From an uncultured Gammaproteobacteria bacterium (GTDB lineage: Bacteria > Pseudomonadota > Gammaproteobacteria > JACCXJ01): DNA of 64,000 nt. Shown here one piece after another: positions 53,466-63,785 of this stretch. Position 1 is the stretch's first letter, and each line of letters opens with the position of its first letter. The position numbers and the translations under genes were made by a program. The stretch lies in contig CAVXTM010000018.1 in the NCBI GenBank assembly GCA_963764725.1, positions 480,001 to 544,000 on the forward strand, read 5' to 3'. The notes below the pieces were generated by a model. The model did no database searches, was not told the origin of the DNA, and was given only the letters and a program-made list of their open reading frames with translations.

Positions 53466-54385
53466 TCACTCCCGTAGAACAGGACACGTCATACAGTGCA
53501 CCCCGCCGTTGCCCTTGATAAGTTCCAAGCCGGATACGCCGGTTACGGCTCCACCGCGGCGTTCAATCGCCTCTACGTTTTCATCCGTATGCGCATAGCC
53601 GATCACCTGCCGTGGTGCGTAGGCTAAATAGCACATGCCGAACTCTGTCTTACGTTGAGGCATTCAACGTCCAGCTTTTTGAGATATTCAGATAACCAGA
53701 TGTACTCTTCGGAACTGTCCGGACGCAGGATTTTCGCCGGCGAGATGTCCAGTTTATCGGCGTTGAGGAACACCAGGTCCTCATCAATCACCATAAAGAG
53801 GCTATCGAGGTGGATATACCCCTGCGGCAGGTTGACGACGATCAGTTCATCCAGCGATTGCTTCAACGTAAACGAGGCGAGCTGACTGATCGCGTGCTCT
53901 GTGGTCCGATCACAGATGCTCACTACCCCAATGCGCTCCCGAAGACACAGGTTGCCACCGCCTTCGAGGTAGCCAGGATAGGCAATCTCCCCAAGGATCG
54001 GGACCCCGATGGCTTTGAAGCATTCGCGCACTACCCACCCGTCCCACTGTCTTCCCTTGAGATAGGGATTCATGATCATGGCCCCTTGGTCGTAGACGGT
54101 GGCCAGGTCCCGCATGAACACGAGATTGGGACGGCGGGCAATGTAGTTCAGCGCCTCGCTGTTATCTTTCAGCACATCCGTCAGGAAGATAATGTCAATC
54201 CCCTGTACTGAGAACGCTTCCACTATCGCATCGTACTCCGCAAGGTAGATTTCCGGATTCACTGGGCTGTTGAAGTTGTAATAGGTTAGCGTGTCCTTCC
54301 GCACCCAAAGGAGATCCTCTGGCTGCGGCCGATGTAACAGGAGGGTTTTCAAGGGCCGGTATTCGTTTTGGGCGCCGTATATCAT
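53466..54385 (-). pseudogene. Arginine deiminase/amidinotransferase family, frameshift near 53650
   Basis: PNLVFMRD, LEGG, IHLD, ELIKGNGGVHCMTCP. Confidence 0.85.
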
Positions 54386-54458
54386 GGCGATTCCCAGACT
54401 CAAACTCTACCAATTCAAAGCAGGCGCATCCGTTTCTGTTTCAGGATGGCGATGGTTG

Positions 54459-54974
54459 CTACAGGTGCAAAGCCATGATCAGGTCATCTATATATTCTCC
54501 ATGTTGATAAAAAGCACCTCGCAATCGACCTTCCTCCACAAAGCCGAACTTCTTGTACAGATGAATCGCCGCACCGTTGCGGGCATAAACAAAAAGTTCG
54601 ATACGTTTCACGACATGTGTATTTTTTGCCCATTCCATGGCGCGCGTCATAAGAGCGCTCCCAACTCCTCGATTTCGCCAGTCTTTATGGATGGACATCG
54701 CTAAAGCTACCACATGCCGAGTGGCTTTACGTTTGCCCCCCTTGCATTCCAGTACACCGATAATCTGCCCTTCGATCTCTGCGAACAAGAAGATCGAATT
54801 ATCCGATGCAGCGTAATCGGACAGGGTCTTTTGCTCTTCTTCGATGGTAGGATTGAACTCCTCAGGCGCAAGAGGGATGTCAATGTTAGGCTCCGTCGCT
54901 AGACGCTGGCCGTGCGCGATGATGGATTCGGCATCGGCCCGTGTAGCTTCTCGTATCATTACTTGCATTTGCAA
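54459..54974 (-). CDS. GNAT N-acetyltransferase
   Basis: WRNRGVGSALM, RIELFV, NGAAIHLYKKFGF. Confidence 0.92.
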   Translation of the reverse strand: MQMQVMIREATRADAESIIAHGQRLATEPNIDIPLAPEEFNPTIEEEQKTLSDYAASDNSIFLFAEIEGQIIGVLECKGGKRKATRHVVALAMSIHKDWRNRGVGSALMTRAMEWAKNTHVVKRIELFVYARNGAAIHLYKKFGFVEEGRLRGAFYQHGEYIDDLIMALHL

Positions 54975-55194
54975 TATCCTAGCAGTCCAGCTATTGGGGC
55001 CGACTCATTTAAAGCATTGACAGCAATCCCCATCGAGAAACCCGTACCAATGATTACGGTTTCTGACCAACCACCATGAAGCCTGTATATGAACAGAAGA
55101 ACGTCCCTGCTTCATCGCAACCTCTGAGTTCCTCGAAAAGCTCATTAGCATATTTCGGAACAGCTATTTAGCTCGCGCTTGCTCCAGGAATGGG

Positions 55195-55331
55195 TGAGGT
55201 AGGATGAAAAAAATGGACGCCTTCGATAGGGTATAAGAGAAGGAGGTGTTCAATGAATAAGTTACCGAAGCAGGTTTACACGAAAGAGTTTCGTGAGAAC
55301 GCGGTGAAGCTGGTGGTGGAGGAGAGGTTAA
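55195..55331 (+). mobile_element. IS3-family left-end stub
   Basis: TG...TGGAC end, GGAGG RBS, MNKLPKQVYTKEFRENAVKLV cut by IS5. Confidence 0.7.
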
Positions 55332-56502
55332 GGAACCTCTGCAAAAGTCCACGATCTGATCGGTAGGCGCACCGAATACAATCGAGGACGATAATGAGCA
55401 AGCAGATGACACTGGGCACGGGTTTCGAGAAGTACAGCAAGACCACGCGTCGGGAGAGATTTCTCACCGCCGTATTGTGCCGTGGGGAGATTTGTGCGCA
55501 CTGATAGCGCCCATGTATCCGAAGGCGGGTGATGGCCGTCCTCCGAAGGAACTGGAGATGATGCTGCGGGTGTACTTTCTGCAGCAGTGGTTCAACCTCT
55601 CGGATCCGGGCGTGGAGGAAGCCCTGTACGACTCGGTGTCGATGCGCCGGTTTGCGGGCATCGACTTGGGCGAGATGCCGGTGCCGGATGAGTCCACGGT
55701 GCTGCGCTTCCGCCATTTGTTGGAGGCACATGGGCTGGGCTGTTCGAGCAGGTGCATGGGTACTTGGAGCGCCAAGGCATCAAGATTGGCACCGGCACGA
55801 TTGTCGATGCCACGATTATCAGCGCCCCGCCCTCGACCAAGAACAAAGACAAGCGCCGTGACCCGGACATGCATCCGACCAAGAAAGGTAACCAGTGGTA
55901 TTTCGGGATGAAAGCGCACATCGGTGTGGACAGTCAAACCAAGCTCATCCACGCGGTGGTCGCCACCCCGGCCCATGTGCACGACTCGGTGTGTTGCCCG
56001 ATCTCTTGCACGGGGAGGAGACACGTGTGTGGGGCGACTCGGCCTATCAGGGGCAGAGTGAGGTCATACGCAAGCACGCACCGAAGGCCACCGATTTCAC
56101 CCATCGACGTTACCGTTACAAGAAGGGGATCGACGAAGTCCAACGGGCGAAGAATAAGGCCAAGTCCAGCGTGCGCGCCAAGGTCGAGCACCCCTTTCTC
56201 ATCATTAAGCGTATCTTTGGCTTCGTGAAGACCCGCTATAAGGGGTTGGCGAAGAGAGCCAGGCCCAAGGATGGGCCTGCTTGGCGCCCTGAGGATGGAG
56301 CGCACACCGTTTGTTCGTCACCTGTGCGCTGACCAATCTGTACCTGATGCGCCGGCGGCTGTGGCGACTGTCGGGGGCGTAGTGTGTCTGCCCTATGGCA
56401 AACGGGGCGAACATGGCCCCCTGAACGATGAAAAACGAGCCTCAAGGCCGCGTTTCCGTCTGACATCGATTCGTATGCATGCCGCGCAACCATAGAGCTT
56501 CC
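55332..56502 (+). mobile_element. IS5-family element type A, copy 2 (multiply frameshifted)
   Basis: Homologous to 5910-7104; flanks ttaa / ttag. Confidence 0.9.
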
Positions 56503-56520
56503 TTAGATCGTCGCTTTCTA

Positions 56521-56553
56521 AAAAAGTGGGTCAGTTTTCAATCATCGTTGACA
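56521..56553 (-). mobile_element. IS21-like terminal inverted repeat stub
   Basis: Reverse strand TGTCAACGATGATTGAAAACTGACCCACTT. Confidence 0.55.
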
Positions 56554-57011
56554 ACGTACCAGGCAAAGCGCTTGGTGTAGAGCGGGTTGTCGGCCAGAAA
56601 GTCCAGACGCTCGCGCTTCACCGTCGCGCACTTGCGACAGCGCACCCGCCGGACCTCCAACTCGAGCCACACGCGTGTGTCATCGCAAGAGAGGTCCCGT
56701 ACCTGCCGGACCTTCTTGTCGTACCAGCTCCGATGCACGGTCCCGCAGGCCCCGCAAATCGTTTTTTTGAGCCTCGGACGAGCGTGATGATGCGGGCCTT
56801 CGGTTCCCCGAAGACACCGCTTACGGTTGCCCGCGGATGCAAGCCTTCGAAGACGTATGTGTCGGTGAACCGACGGGGGCGATTGCATTAGGTTGCCATC
56901 GCCGCAGCATGCCAGAAATCACCGCCCCCTCAACCGGACTCAACGCCTTGCCTGGCAAGCCTCGCAGCGTGATCATGACCCTAAACAACCCACACGACTT
57001 CACGAAGACCC
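56554..57011 (-). mobile_element. Diverged, truncated ISL3 (left end and transposase N-terminus)
   Basis: GGGTCTTCGTGAA end; KKTICGACG...RERLDFLADNP; A7 retained. Confidence 0.88.
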
Positions 57012-57017
57012 AATTAA

Positions 57018-57185
57018 CATAACGGGGCTCTATCACTTCAGCCCAAAGGCTTACGGCCTACAGCCCTGTCTACGCTTGACCCCTGCCGTTACCGATAGTG
57101 GCCCAAGACTCGGTACGAGGTGTGCCGGGTCAGCACTTCCTCGGTGGCTTTTCAGCCACTAGCGATTGGGCGCCTCGTGGCGCAC
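57018..57185 (-). ncRNA. Group II intron 5' end (domain I fragment), truncated by ISL3
   Basis: Reverse strand GTGCGCCACGAGGCGCC...CGAGTCTTG...GGTAAC...AAGCGTAGACAG...GAGCCCCG. Confidence 0.75.
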
Positions 57186-57201
57186 TAACTCAGTGATATT
57201 A

Positions 57202-57255
57202 TGGTGGCCGTGTAGGGCTCGAACCTACGACCTACTGATTAAGAGGCACCTGCTC
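57202..57255 (-). pseudogene. Degenerate 3' part of tRNA-Lys(CTT), likely att remnant
   Basis: Reverse strand gagca...ctcttaatcagtaggtcgtaggttcgagccctacacggccacca; anticodon stem mispaired, no 5' half. Confidence 0.7.
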
Positions 57256-57648
57256 CTACTTATACCTAGTCCGTGCGGCAGCGGGACGAAATACAAAGTC
57301 TGCTGCCGATCCCCTCGCACCTTGCATTGATCAATCAGGACCTAACCAGTGGAAAAAGACGGTGATTCGGCCAGGATATTGGTTTCGCCGCTTATTTTTG
57401 CGCATTACGGCCGGCGCGAATGCGATCCTATCGCGGCCTGATGGTTGTTAACCCACACTTCTCACTAGTCCATGGCTGCGGACGCGCGCCTGCGGAAAAA
57501 TACGGCGTTGCGCTCACCGTAAGGCTCGCTTCGAGTGCTAGACGTACTGTTCAAGTACGCCCCTTGGCCGCTGCACGCTCGAACGCCTTGTCTCTTCAGC
57601 ATCCGCGCGCCCGTTGCTATGGCCGCCTCGCTCGCGATCTGGTGACCA

Positions 57649-58701
57649 GTGCGGGTTAAGCAGCGCACCGCGGGGAGGCCGGCCGCGGACCGCCGATACC
57701 GTTGGGCAGACCTGGACGATGCGGCGCTCTTACACCTGCAGTTTCGCGACCTGCAACTGCGCGTCGCGGACAGCGTCGTGTGGGCCGATGTGCAGCGTCT
57801 TTACGCGGAGCTGGACCGGCGCGGGATCTGTTTTAAGCCGCACGTCTGGCTGTCTGAGGAATGGTTCTCGCCGGACGGTGTGCCCGGCATCGCGGTGCCC
57901 TTCTTCGTCGCGCATCCGCGGCTGCGCCGTCTGGAACGCCGCATGATGGGCGACGTCGAGGGCGGTAGTCGCAAGTGGCGGCTGCGTATCTTGCGTCACG
58001 AGGCGGGCCATGCGCTGGACACGGCGTACGGGCTGAGAAGGCGCGCCGAGTGGCGGCGGGTATTCGGCCGGGCGTCGGAGCCCTATCCGGATGACTACTC
58101 GCCGCGCCCGAGCAGCCGCCGGCACGTGCTGCATCTCGGATACTGGTATGCCCAGAGTCACCCGACCGAGGACTTCGCCGAGACCTTCGCCGTGTGGTTG
58201 CAACCAAAGGCTCGCTGGCGGCGCGAATACGCGGGTTGGCCGGTGCTTCAGAAGCTCGAATACGTGGACAGGCTGATGGAGGAAATTGCCGGGCGGTTGC
58301 CGCGCAACCGTGATCGTTCGGTGATCGAGCCCCTATCGAGAAACGATGGCACGTTGGCGAGGCACTACCGCCGCAAGGTGCCTCGTTACAAACGCATCGA
58401 GCGCCGCTACGACTCGTGGCTTCTGCGCACGTTCGTACCGCGCCCCGTCAGGCCCAAGGCGGTGCCGGCCGGGCGATTCATCCGCGAGATCGAACCGCAG
58501 CTCAAGCGCTTGCTCGTGCGGCGCGCCCGGCTGCACCCCTACCTCGTGGACCATGCAATCGACACGATCACGTTCCGCGTGCGTCAGCTCGATCTGGTGC
58601 TGCATGGCCCGAAGCGCGAAAGCAAACGGCTAGTCTTGCGCCTGCACGAGCGGGTCGTCCTCGATGTGCTGCGGCGCAACCATGAGAGCTACCTGCTATG
58701 A
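57649..58701 (+). CDS. Putative zinc-binding metallopeptidase
   Basis: LRHEAGHA (HExxH), YAQSHPTEDFAETF. Confidence 0.88.
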   Translation: MRVKQRTAGRPAADRRYRWADLDDAALLHLQFRDLQLRVADSVVWADVQRLYAELDRRGICFKPHVWLSEEWFSPDGVPGIAVPFFVAHPRLRRLERRMMGDVEGGSRKWRLRILRHEAGHALDTAYGLRRRAEWRRVFGRASEPYPDDYSPRPSSRRHVLHLGYWYAQSHPTEDFAETFAVWLQPKARWRREYAGWPVLQKLEYVDRLMEEIAGRLPRNRDRSVIEPLSRNDGTLARHYRRKVPRYKRIERRYDSWLLRTFVPRPVRPKAVPAGRFIREIEPQLKRLLVRRARLHPYLVDHAIDTITFRVRQLDLVLHGPKRESKRLVLRLHERVVLDVLRRNHESYLL

Positions 58702-59732
58702 AGCGATACAGAATCCTGCTCATCGTGCACGAGATGCTCGTCCCGCCATCGGATTTCGCGGGTCTCACCGACGCCGACATCGACGAGTGCCGTGCCGAGT
58801 ACAACGTCTTCTCGACGCTCCACAACCTCGGCTACGAGGTTCGGGTGATCGGCCTCGGCGATCAGCTGACGGAGCTGCGCGAAGCGATCAGTGATTGGCG
58901 GCCCCACATCGTCTTCAACTTGCTCGAGGAATTCTCCGGCATCGTTTCCTACGACCACTACGTGGTGGCGTATCTCGAGCTGATGCGCCAACCCTACACC
59001 GGCTGCAATCCGCGGGGACTCATGATCTCGCGCGACAAGGTGCTGACCAAGCAGGTGCTCGCCTGGCATCGCATCGCGACGCCGGCCTTCCAGCTCTTTC
59101 CCTTCGGCACGCGATTCCGTGAGCCCCGGCGCTTGAATTTCCCGTTGTTCGTCAAGTCGGCGACGGACGATGCGTCGCTCGGCATCTCGCAGGCGTCTGC
59201 GGTCGAGGACATGAAGAGCCTCCGTGAGCGAGTGGAGTTCATCCACGACCAGGTTCAGAGCGATGCGCTGGTCGAGGAGTACATCGACGGGCGCGAGCTC
59301 TACATCAGTGTGCTCGGAAACTCCCGGCTCACCACGCTACCGGTGTGGGAGATGGACTTCGGCACGTTGCCGAAGGTCCAGGCCGGCATCGCCACGCGCA
59401 AGGTCAAGTGGGACCGGAAGTACCAGAGCAAGCACGGCATCGCCACGGGCCCCGCGCGTGATTTGAGTGCGGCGCGGGCGGAGCAATTGAGCCGTCTCGC
59501 AAAACGGATCTACCGTACCCTGCACATGAGTGGCTTTGCCCGCATGGACCTTCGCATGCGCGACGACGGCAGCGTATTCGTGCTCGAGGCAAACGCCAAT
59601 CCGAACCTCACTTTCGGTGAGGACTTCGCCGAATCGGCGGAGGCCGTCGGCATCGGTTACGAAGCACTGCTCACCCGTATCGTGAATCTGGGGCGCGCCT
59701 ACATGCCCGAGTGGCGGCTGTTCGAGCCCTAA
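58698..59732 (+). CDS. ATP-grasp ligase, D-Ala-D-Ala ligase-like
   Basis: PYTG, DKVLTK, FPLFVK, SLGIS, LVEEYIDGRE, ARMD, LEANANP; ATGA overlap with the peptidase. Confidence 0.9.
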   Translation: MKRYRILLIVHEMLVPPSDFAGLTDADIDECRAEYNVFSTLHNLGYEVRVIGLGDQLTELREAISDWRPHIVFNLLEEFSGIVSYDHYVVAYLELMRQPYTGCNPRGLMISRDKVLTKQVLAWHRIATPAFQLFPFGTRFREPRRLNFPLFVKSATDDASLGISQASAVEDMKSLRERVEFIHDQVQSDALVEEYIDGRELYISVLGNSRLTTLPVWEMDFGTLPKVQAGIATRKVKWDRKYQSKHGIATGPARDLSAARAEQLSRLAKRIYRTLHMSGFARMDLRMRDDGSVFVLEANANPNLTFGEDFAESAEAVGIGYEALLTRIVNLGRAYMPEWRLFEP

Positions 59733-59740
59733 AAGCCTGT

Positions 59741-59838
59741 CTGTCGCGAATTGCTAATTATAAGGCGAAATCCGAACTAGTTTCAGTCTTATCAATCCGT
59801 GCTTGGTTGGTAAGGTAGGAGCATGCGAGAAGCTTTCC
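59741..59838 (+). mobile_element. rve-integrase element left-end stub (family 1)
   Basis: ctgtcgcgaattgctaat...cagtctt...ggtaaggtaggagcATGcgagaa, matching 21210-21280 and 44180-44265. Confidence 0.65.
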
Positions 59839-59847
59839 ACACATGGG

Positions 59848-60177
59848 TTAAGCGAGCACGTCTTTTAAGGCCTTGAGCGGCAGTGCGCGAATGACTTTCC
59901 GCGCAGGCTTCGCCTTGATCATAATTTCCTCGCCGGTTAGCGGATTGCGCCCTTTCCGCGCCTGGGTCGCCGGTTTCTCGACTCGCCTTAGCTTGACCGC
60001 TAGCTCGGGCACGACGAACTCTCCGGAGCCTCCCTTTTTCAGATGACAGCGGGCACAGTTCGCTAGGGCTTCCAACACCGCTTTGACCTGTGCTTTCGTG
60101 AGCTTCGACGTCTCGGTAATCGTGGAGAGGATTTCTGCTTTGCTTTGTTTCTTCGCAATCGCTTTTTCGGTTGCCAA
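59848..60177 (-). CDS. HU-family DNA-binding protein
   Basis: SKAEIL, KPATQARKGRNPLTGEEIMIKAKPA. Confidence 0.9.
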   Translation of the reverse strand: MATEKAIAKKQSKAEILSTITETSKLTKAQVKAVLEALANCARCHLKKGGSGEFVVPELAVKLRRVEKPATQARKGRNPLTGEEIMIKAKPARKVIRALPLKALKDVLA

Positions 60178-60769
60178 TAGCGTTCCCCATTATATTTAAG
60201 AGTGTATCGGTAGCTACCATTATAGACGCGCGCAGGACTGCGGATCTGATATTCGACACTTTCTGGTGAGCGAGACGGATGACATCGACCGGCTTGAAAG
60301 GGGAAGCGCTAGATGGGGGACGTGCCGTCGCAGGCCATGAGCCGATTCCTGTCAGTTCACAGCCAGGTGCATAATCTTTTTCGCGTCGGCCGTCATCTTT
60401 TAAGGGCGTGTCATTACCGCCTGTTCCGTGAGCGCTCGTTTTCGACTTGGCAAGAGGTGACTTGCGCCTGCTGAATCGGTAGCTGAACCTAAACCGCAGC
60501 CGAAAATAAGCTACGTTCGATAACTTGTCAAAACCAATCCCATTCATGCGGGAGTTATCATCCTGGTATTTCACCTACTGGTTATGCTGTCCAGACTCGT
60601 GCGTCCCGGAGGTGTGCGCAGCATCCTTGCCGAGTCCTGCTTCTGAAACACCGGCTTATCGTTGTAAGTCGCTCGCAGAAACGAGCTCCGAATCTCACAC
60701 CCTGGGATCGGCCTTATTTCGCGGTGCAGAATAAGCGAGCTGGTACAATGGCTTCAATCCTTTTTCCGC

Positions 60770-61682
60770 GTGAATACCTTGGATCAAATCCGCTTCGGCA
60801 TCGATCTTGGCGGTACAAAAATCGAAATGCTGGCGCTCGACAAATCGGGAAAGGAATTGCTGCGCCAAAGGATTGCGACACCTGTGAACGATTACCTCGC
60901 CACCGTAAAGGCCATAGCGGGCCTGGTGTACGCCGCCGAAAAGTCGCTCGCGGCGCGCGCCAGCGTCGGCATTGCGACACCTGGCGCGGTGTCGCGATTG
61001 ACGGGGCGCATCAAGAACGCCAATTCCACTTCTCTCAACGGAAAACCATTGGTAGCGGATCTGCAATCGGCCCTGCAACGCGAAGTTCGGATCGAGAACG
61101 ACGCCAACTGCTTTGCCCTATCCGAAGCCACCGATGGCGCGGCGGCCGGGGCGCGCACGGTATTCGGGGTCATTCTCGGCACCGGCGTCGGCGGCGGCAT
61201 CGTCATCGACGGCAAAACGCTGACCGGCGTCAACGCCATTGCCGGCGAGTGGGGGCACAATCCCCTGCCGTTTCCTAGCGCCGAAGAACTCCCGCAGGCG
61301 CCGCGTTGTTATTGCGGCAAGACGAGTTGCATCGAAACCTGGCTCTCCGGGCCCGGTATGACGGCCGATTATTTTCGCCTCACCGGCCAAGCCATCGATG
61401 CCGCGGAAATTGTTATGCGCGCGCACGCCGGCGACGCCGCATGCGAAGCCACGCTGCAACGTTATGAAGAGCGCTTGGCGCGTGCCCTGCGTCATCAACG
61501 TGATCGATCCGGAATTCATCGTGCTCGGCGGCGGGCTATCGAATATTTCGCGTTGGTATCAAAGCGTGCCGCAGCTGTGGGGACGTCACGTTTTCTCCGA
61601 TCACGTCGCCACCAGGCTTTTGCCGCCGAAGTTCGGCGATTCGAGCGGCGTGCGCGGCGCGGCATGGCTGTGGAGTCGATAG
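60770..61682 (+). pseudogene. ROK-family sugar kinase (fructokinase Mak-like), frameshift near 61490
   Basis: GIDLGGTK, ENDANC, GTGVGGG, GEWGH, CYCG..CIE; next frame DPEFIVLGGGLSN...GDSSGVRGAAWLW. Confidence 0.85.
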
Positions 61683-62056
61683 ACTGTCATTGGCGTAACT
61701 GCAGCAATCGAGGCCGTCGTAGCGATGAAACGGCAGAATCCGAGGTTCGGGTGCTTGAAGATAGCCCAAGAGATAACCCCATGCCTTCGGGGTGGAGATC
61801 AATAAGGATGTCGTCAGAAGGAACATTATGACCCCTCATTGAACGACGACGGCCCTCTTGCCTGACCACCATTGGCTAGATCAAAGACAGTCGTAATAAA
61901 CCGCCGTCACTGCTCGCGGCGTGCAGTTTTACCGCTCGAATGTTGGTCCGCAAAACCGATGCGGTACGAAGCGAAACAAAGCGTTACGAGGCGATATTTA
62001 ACGATATTGAGGACCGGAAACTCAACTAACTTATTGAATATAAACGATTCTATCAA

Positions 62057-62104
62057 GGACTGAAAATCCCTGTGTCGGCGGTTCAATTCCGTCCCTGGCC
62101 ACCA
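62057..62104 (+). repeat. 3' half of tRNA-Phe(GAA), att site copy 3
   Basis: 48 bp identical to copy 1; integrase stop lies 12 bp away. Confidence 0.92.
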
Positions 62105-62116
62105 TAAATCAATAGG

Positions 62117-62769
62117 TTAGCCTCCCACTTTCCCATGCAACAAAACCATTGCGGGACTTTTGCGGGACTCGGTCCCGCAAACAGCATTAGCTGCATCGAG
62201 TAAATTGGTTAGCTCCGCCGCGGAGTAGTGTGTTGTTATCCGTGCCGACTTGTGTCCTAGAAGGTCCTGCCGGTCTTCGAAGCTGACACCCGCCGCGCGC
62301 AGACGTCGCCCAAAGGTGTGCTTGAGGTCGTGCACCCGTACGTGCGGGAGTTCCGCCCGTTTCCGTGCTTTCCGCCAGGCCGAGTTGTTAATCCGGAGAA
62401 TCCCATGACCTTCGAACGTAAACACGTGCTCCGGATGCTCCCCCCGCACTGAATCAATGACCGACTTGGCCACCCGGTTGAGCACCACTAGCCTATCCGT
62501 GCGGTTCTTCACCGTATGCGCAGGGACAATAAAGGCGCTAGTGCTAAGTTCCGGCACCGGGAACTCCCAATCCCAGCGTAGCCGACAAACCTCAGCCTCG
62601 CGGCAACCCGTGTTGACCTTGAAGAGACACATGCGCGCGAGGTGCGTAGGCAACTCCCGAAATAACCGTTCTTGCTCATCCCACGACAGGGGATAGGGCT
62701 TACGAAGGTCGTGCTCGGGTATAAGTTTTATTTTAGGCGGGACCCTGAGCCACGTAAGACCGTGCTGCT
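62117..62769 (-). pseudogene. Tyrosine recombinase/integrase, C-terminal catalytic domain only
   Basis: NTGCR, HDLKH..R, LLGH, ITTHY; N-terminus lost at the IS5 stub. Confidence 0.88.
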
Positions 62770-62826
62770 CAGTGTCATCTGCTTGCTCATTATCGTCCTC
62801 GATCGTATTCGGTGCGCTTACCGATC
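62770..62826 (-). mobile_element. Short fragment of IS5 type A leader
   Basis: cagtgtcatctgcttgctcattatcgtcctcgat..gtattcggtgcgc..accgatca matches 7022-7079. Confidence 0.8.
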
Positions 62827-63109
62827 AACCCAATGACATCCAGGTCGGGTAGCACGGAGCAGACCGCACCCAACCACCAGAAACGTCGGGGCAACCGTTG
62901 CCGAAAGAACACCTCTCCGATGAAAACGGCAGAGCCGATATGCGCGAACGCTGAGGCCATAGCTTTTGTTGGTGACTAAAGGTCTGAGATAGCCCGCGAT
63001 CCGCGTTCCATTGCAGGATGGAACGCTTTCTAAACGTGATTTCGAAGCATCAGCTGAACGGCGTCCCTGGGTCATGGGGATGCCCACATCGTCATCCCGC
63101 TCGAGAGTC

Positions 63110-63768
63110 GAAGCGTCCTAAGAGGTTCGATGGCCTGGGCGTGATTGTGGACAAAGGTTAACCACCGCTGATCGCCTCGGGGCGGCGGCGGGCGCCTGAG
63201 TATGTACTTGCGCAGGATGCGCGGCGAGATCTGGATCCCGAGTTTCAATAACAGTTCGTTGGCGATGCGCTCTTCGCCCCAGGTGATATTGTTGCGATCC
63301 ATCTGACGAATCAGTTCTCGAAGTTCAGCGGGGATTTTCGGTCGTCCACGCCGACACTTCCAACGCCACAACAGTCGAACCCCCGCGCGGTGCCACCCGA
63401 TCAAGGTCCTCGGTGCGACATTGACGAGGGCATCCTTCCAATCAAAGCAGCGCGAGAGCAGTACAAGGAGATAGCGCGACGCATTGTCAAACCGCCGCGG
63501 CACCACTTTGCGTTCTTGATAGAACGCGAGCTGCTTTCTAAGAAAGAGATTCTCCGCCGCAAGCGTTGCGCGGCTTTTCATGCAAAGCGCTAAGAAATTT
63601 AGGCTGTTCGTGATAAGCAAGCGGCCCGAAGCAGCGAACTCAATCATACAGCGAACGAGGTGCCCAAGAAATTCCACGCCTCTAGGCTACACCCGCATCT
63701 CCGTGCACGGCTAGCTGCTCCCGCAAGAGCAAGAAAATGCGCAATCAGATATTATCTGCGGACCACAG
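63110..63768 (-). mobile_element. rve-integrase element, 3' truncated (family 2)
   Basis: LAAENLFLRKQL, TLIGWHRAG, WGEERIANELLLKLG, QRWLTFVHNHA. Confidence 0.85.
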
Positions 63769-63785
63769 TTGGCGAGTTACTATTT

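Noticed and set aside
58698-59732. Calling the ATP-grasp gene ddl or vanA
   Set aside because: Lacks the Ddl N-terminal signature and any cell-wall or van context
59792-60574. 260-aa ORF over HU
   Set aside because: Alternative frame of the HU gene with no motifs
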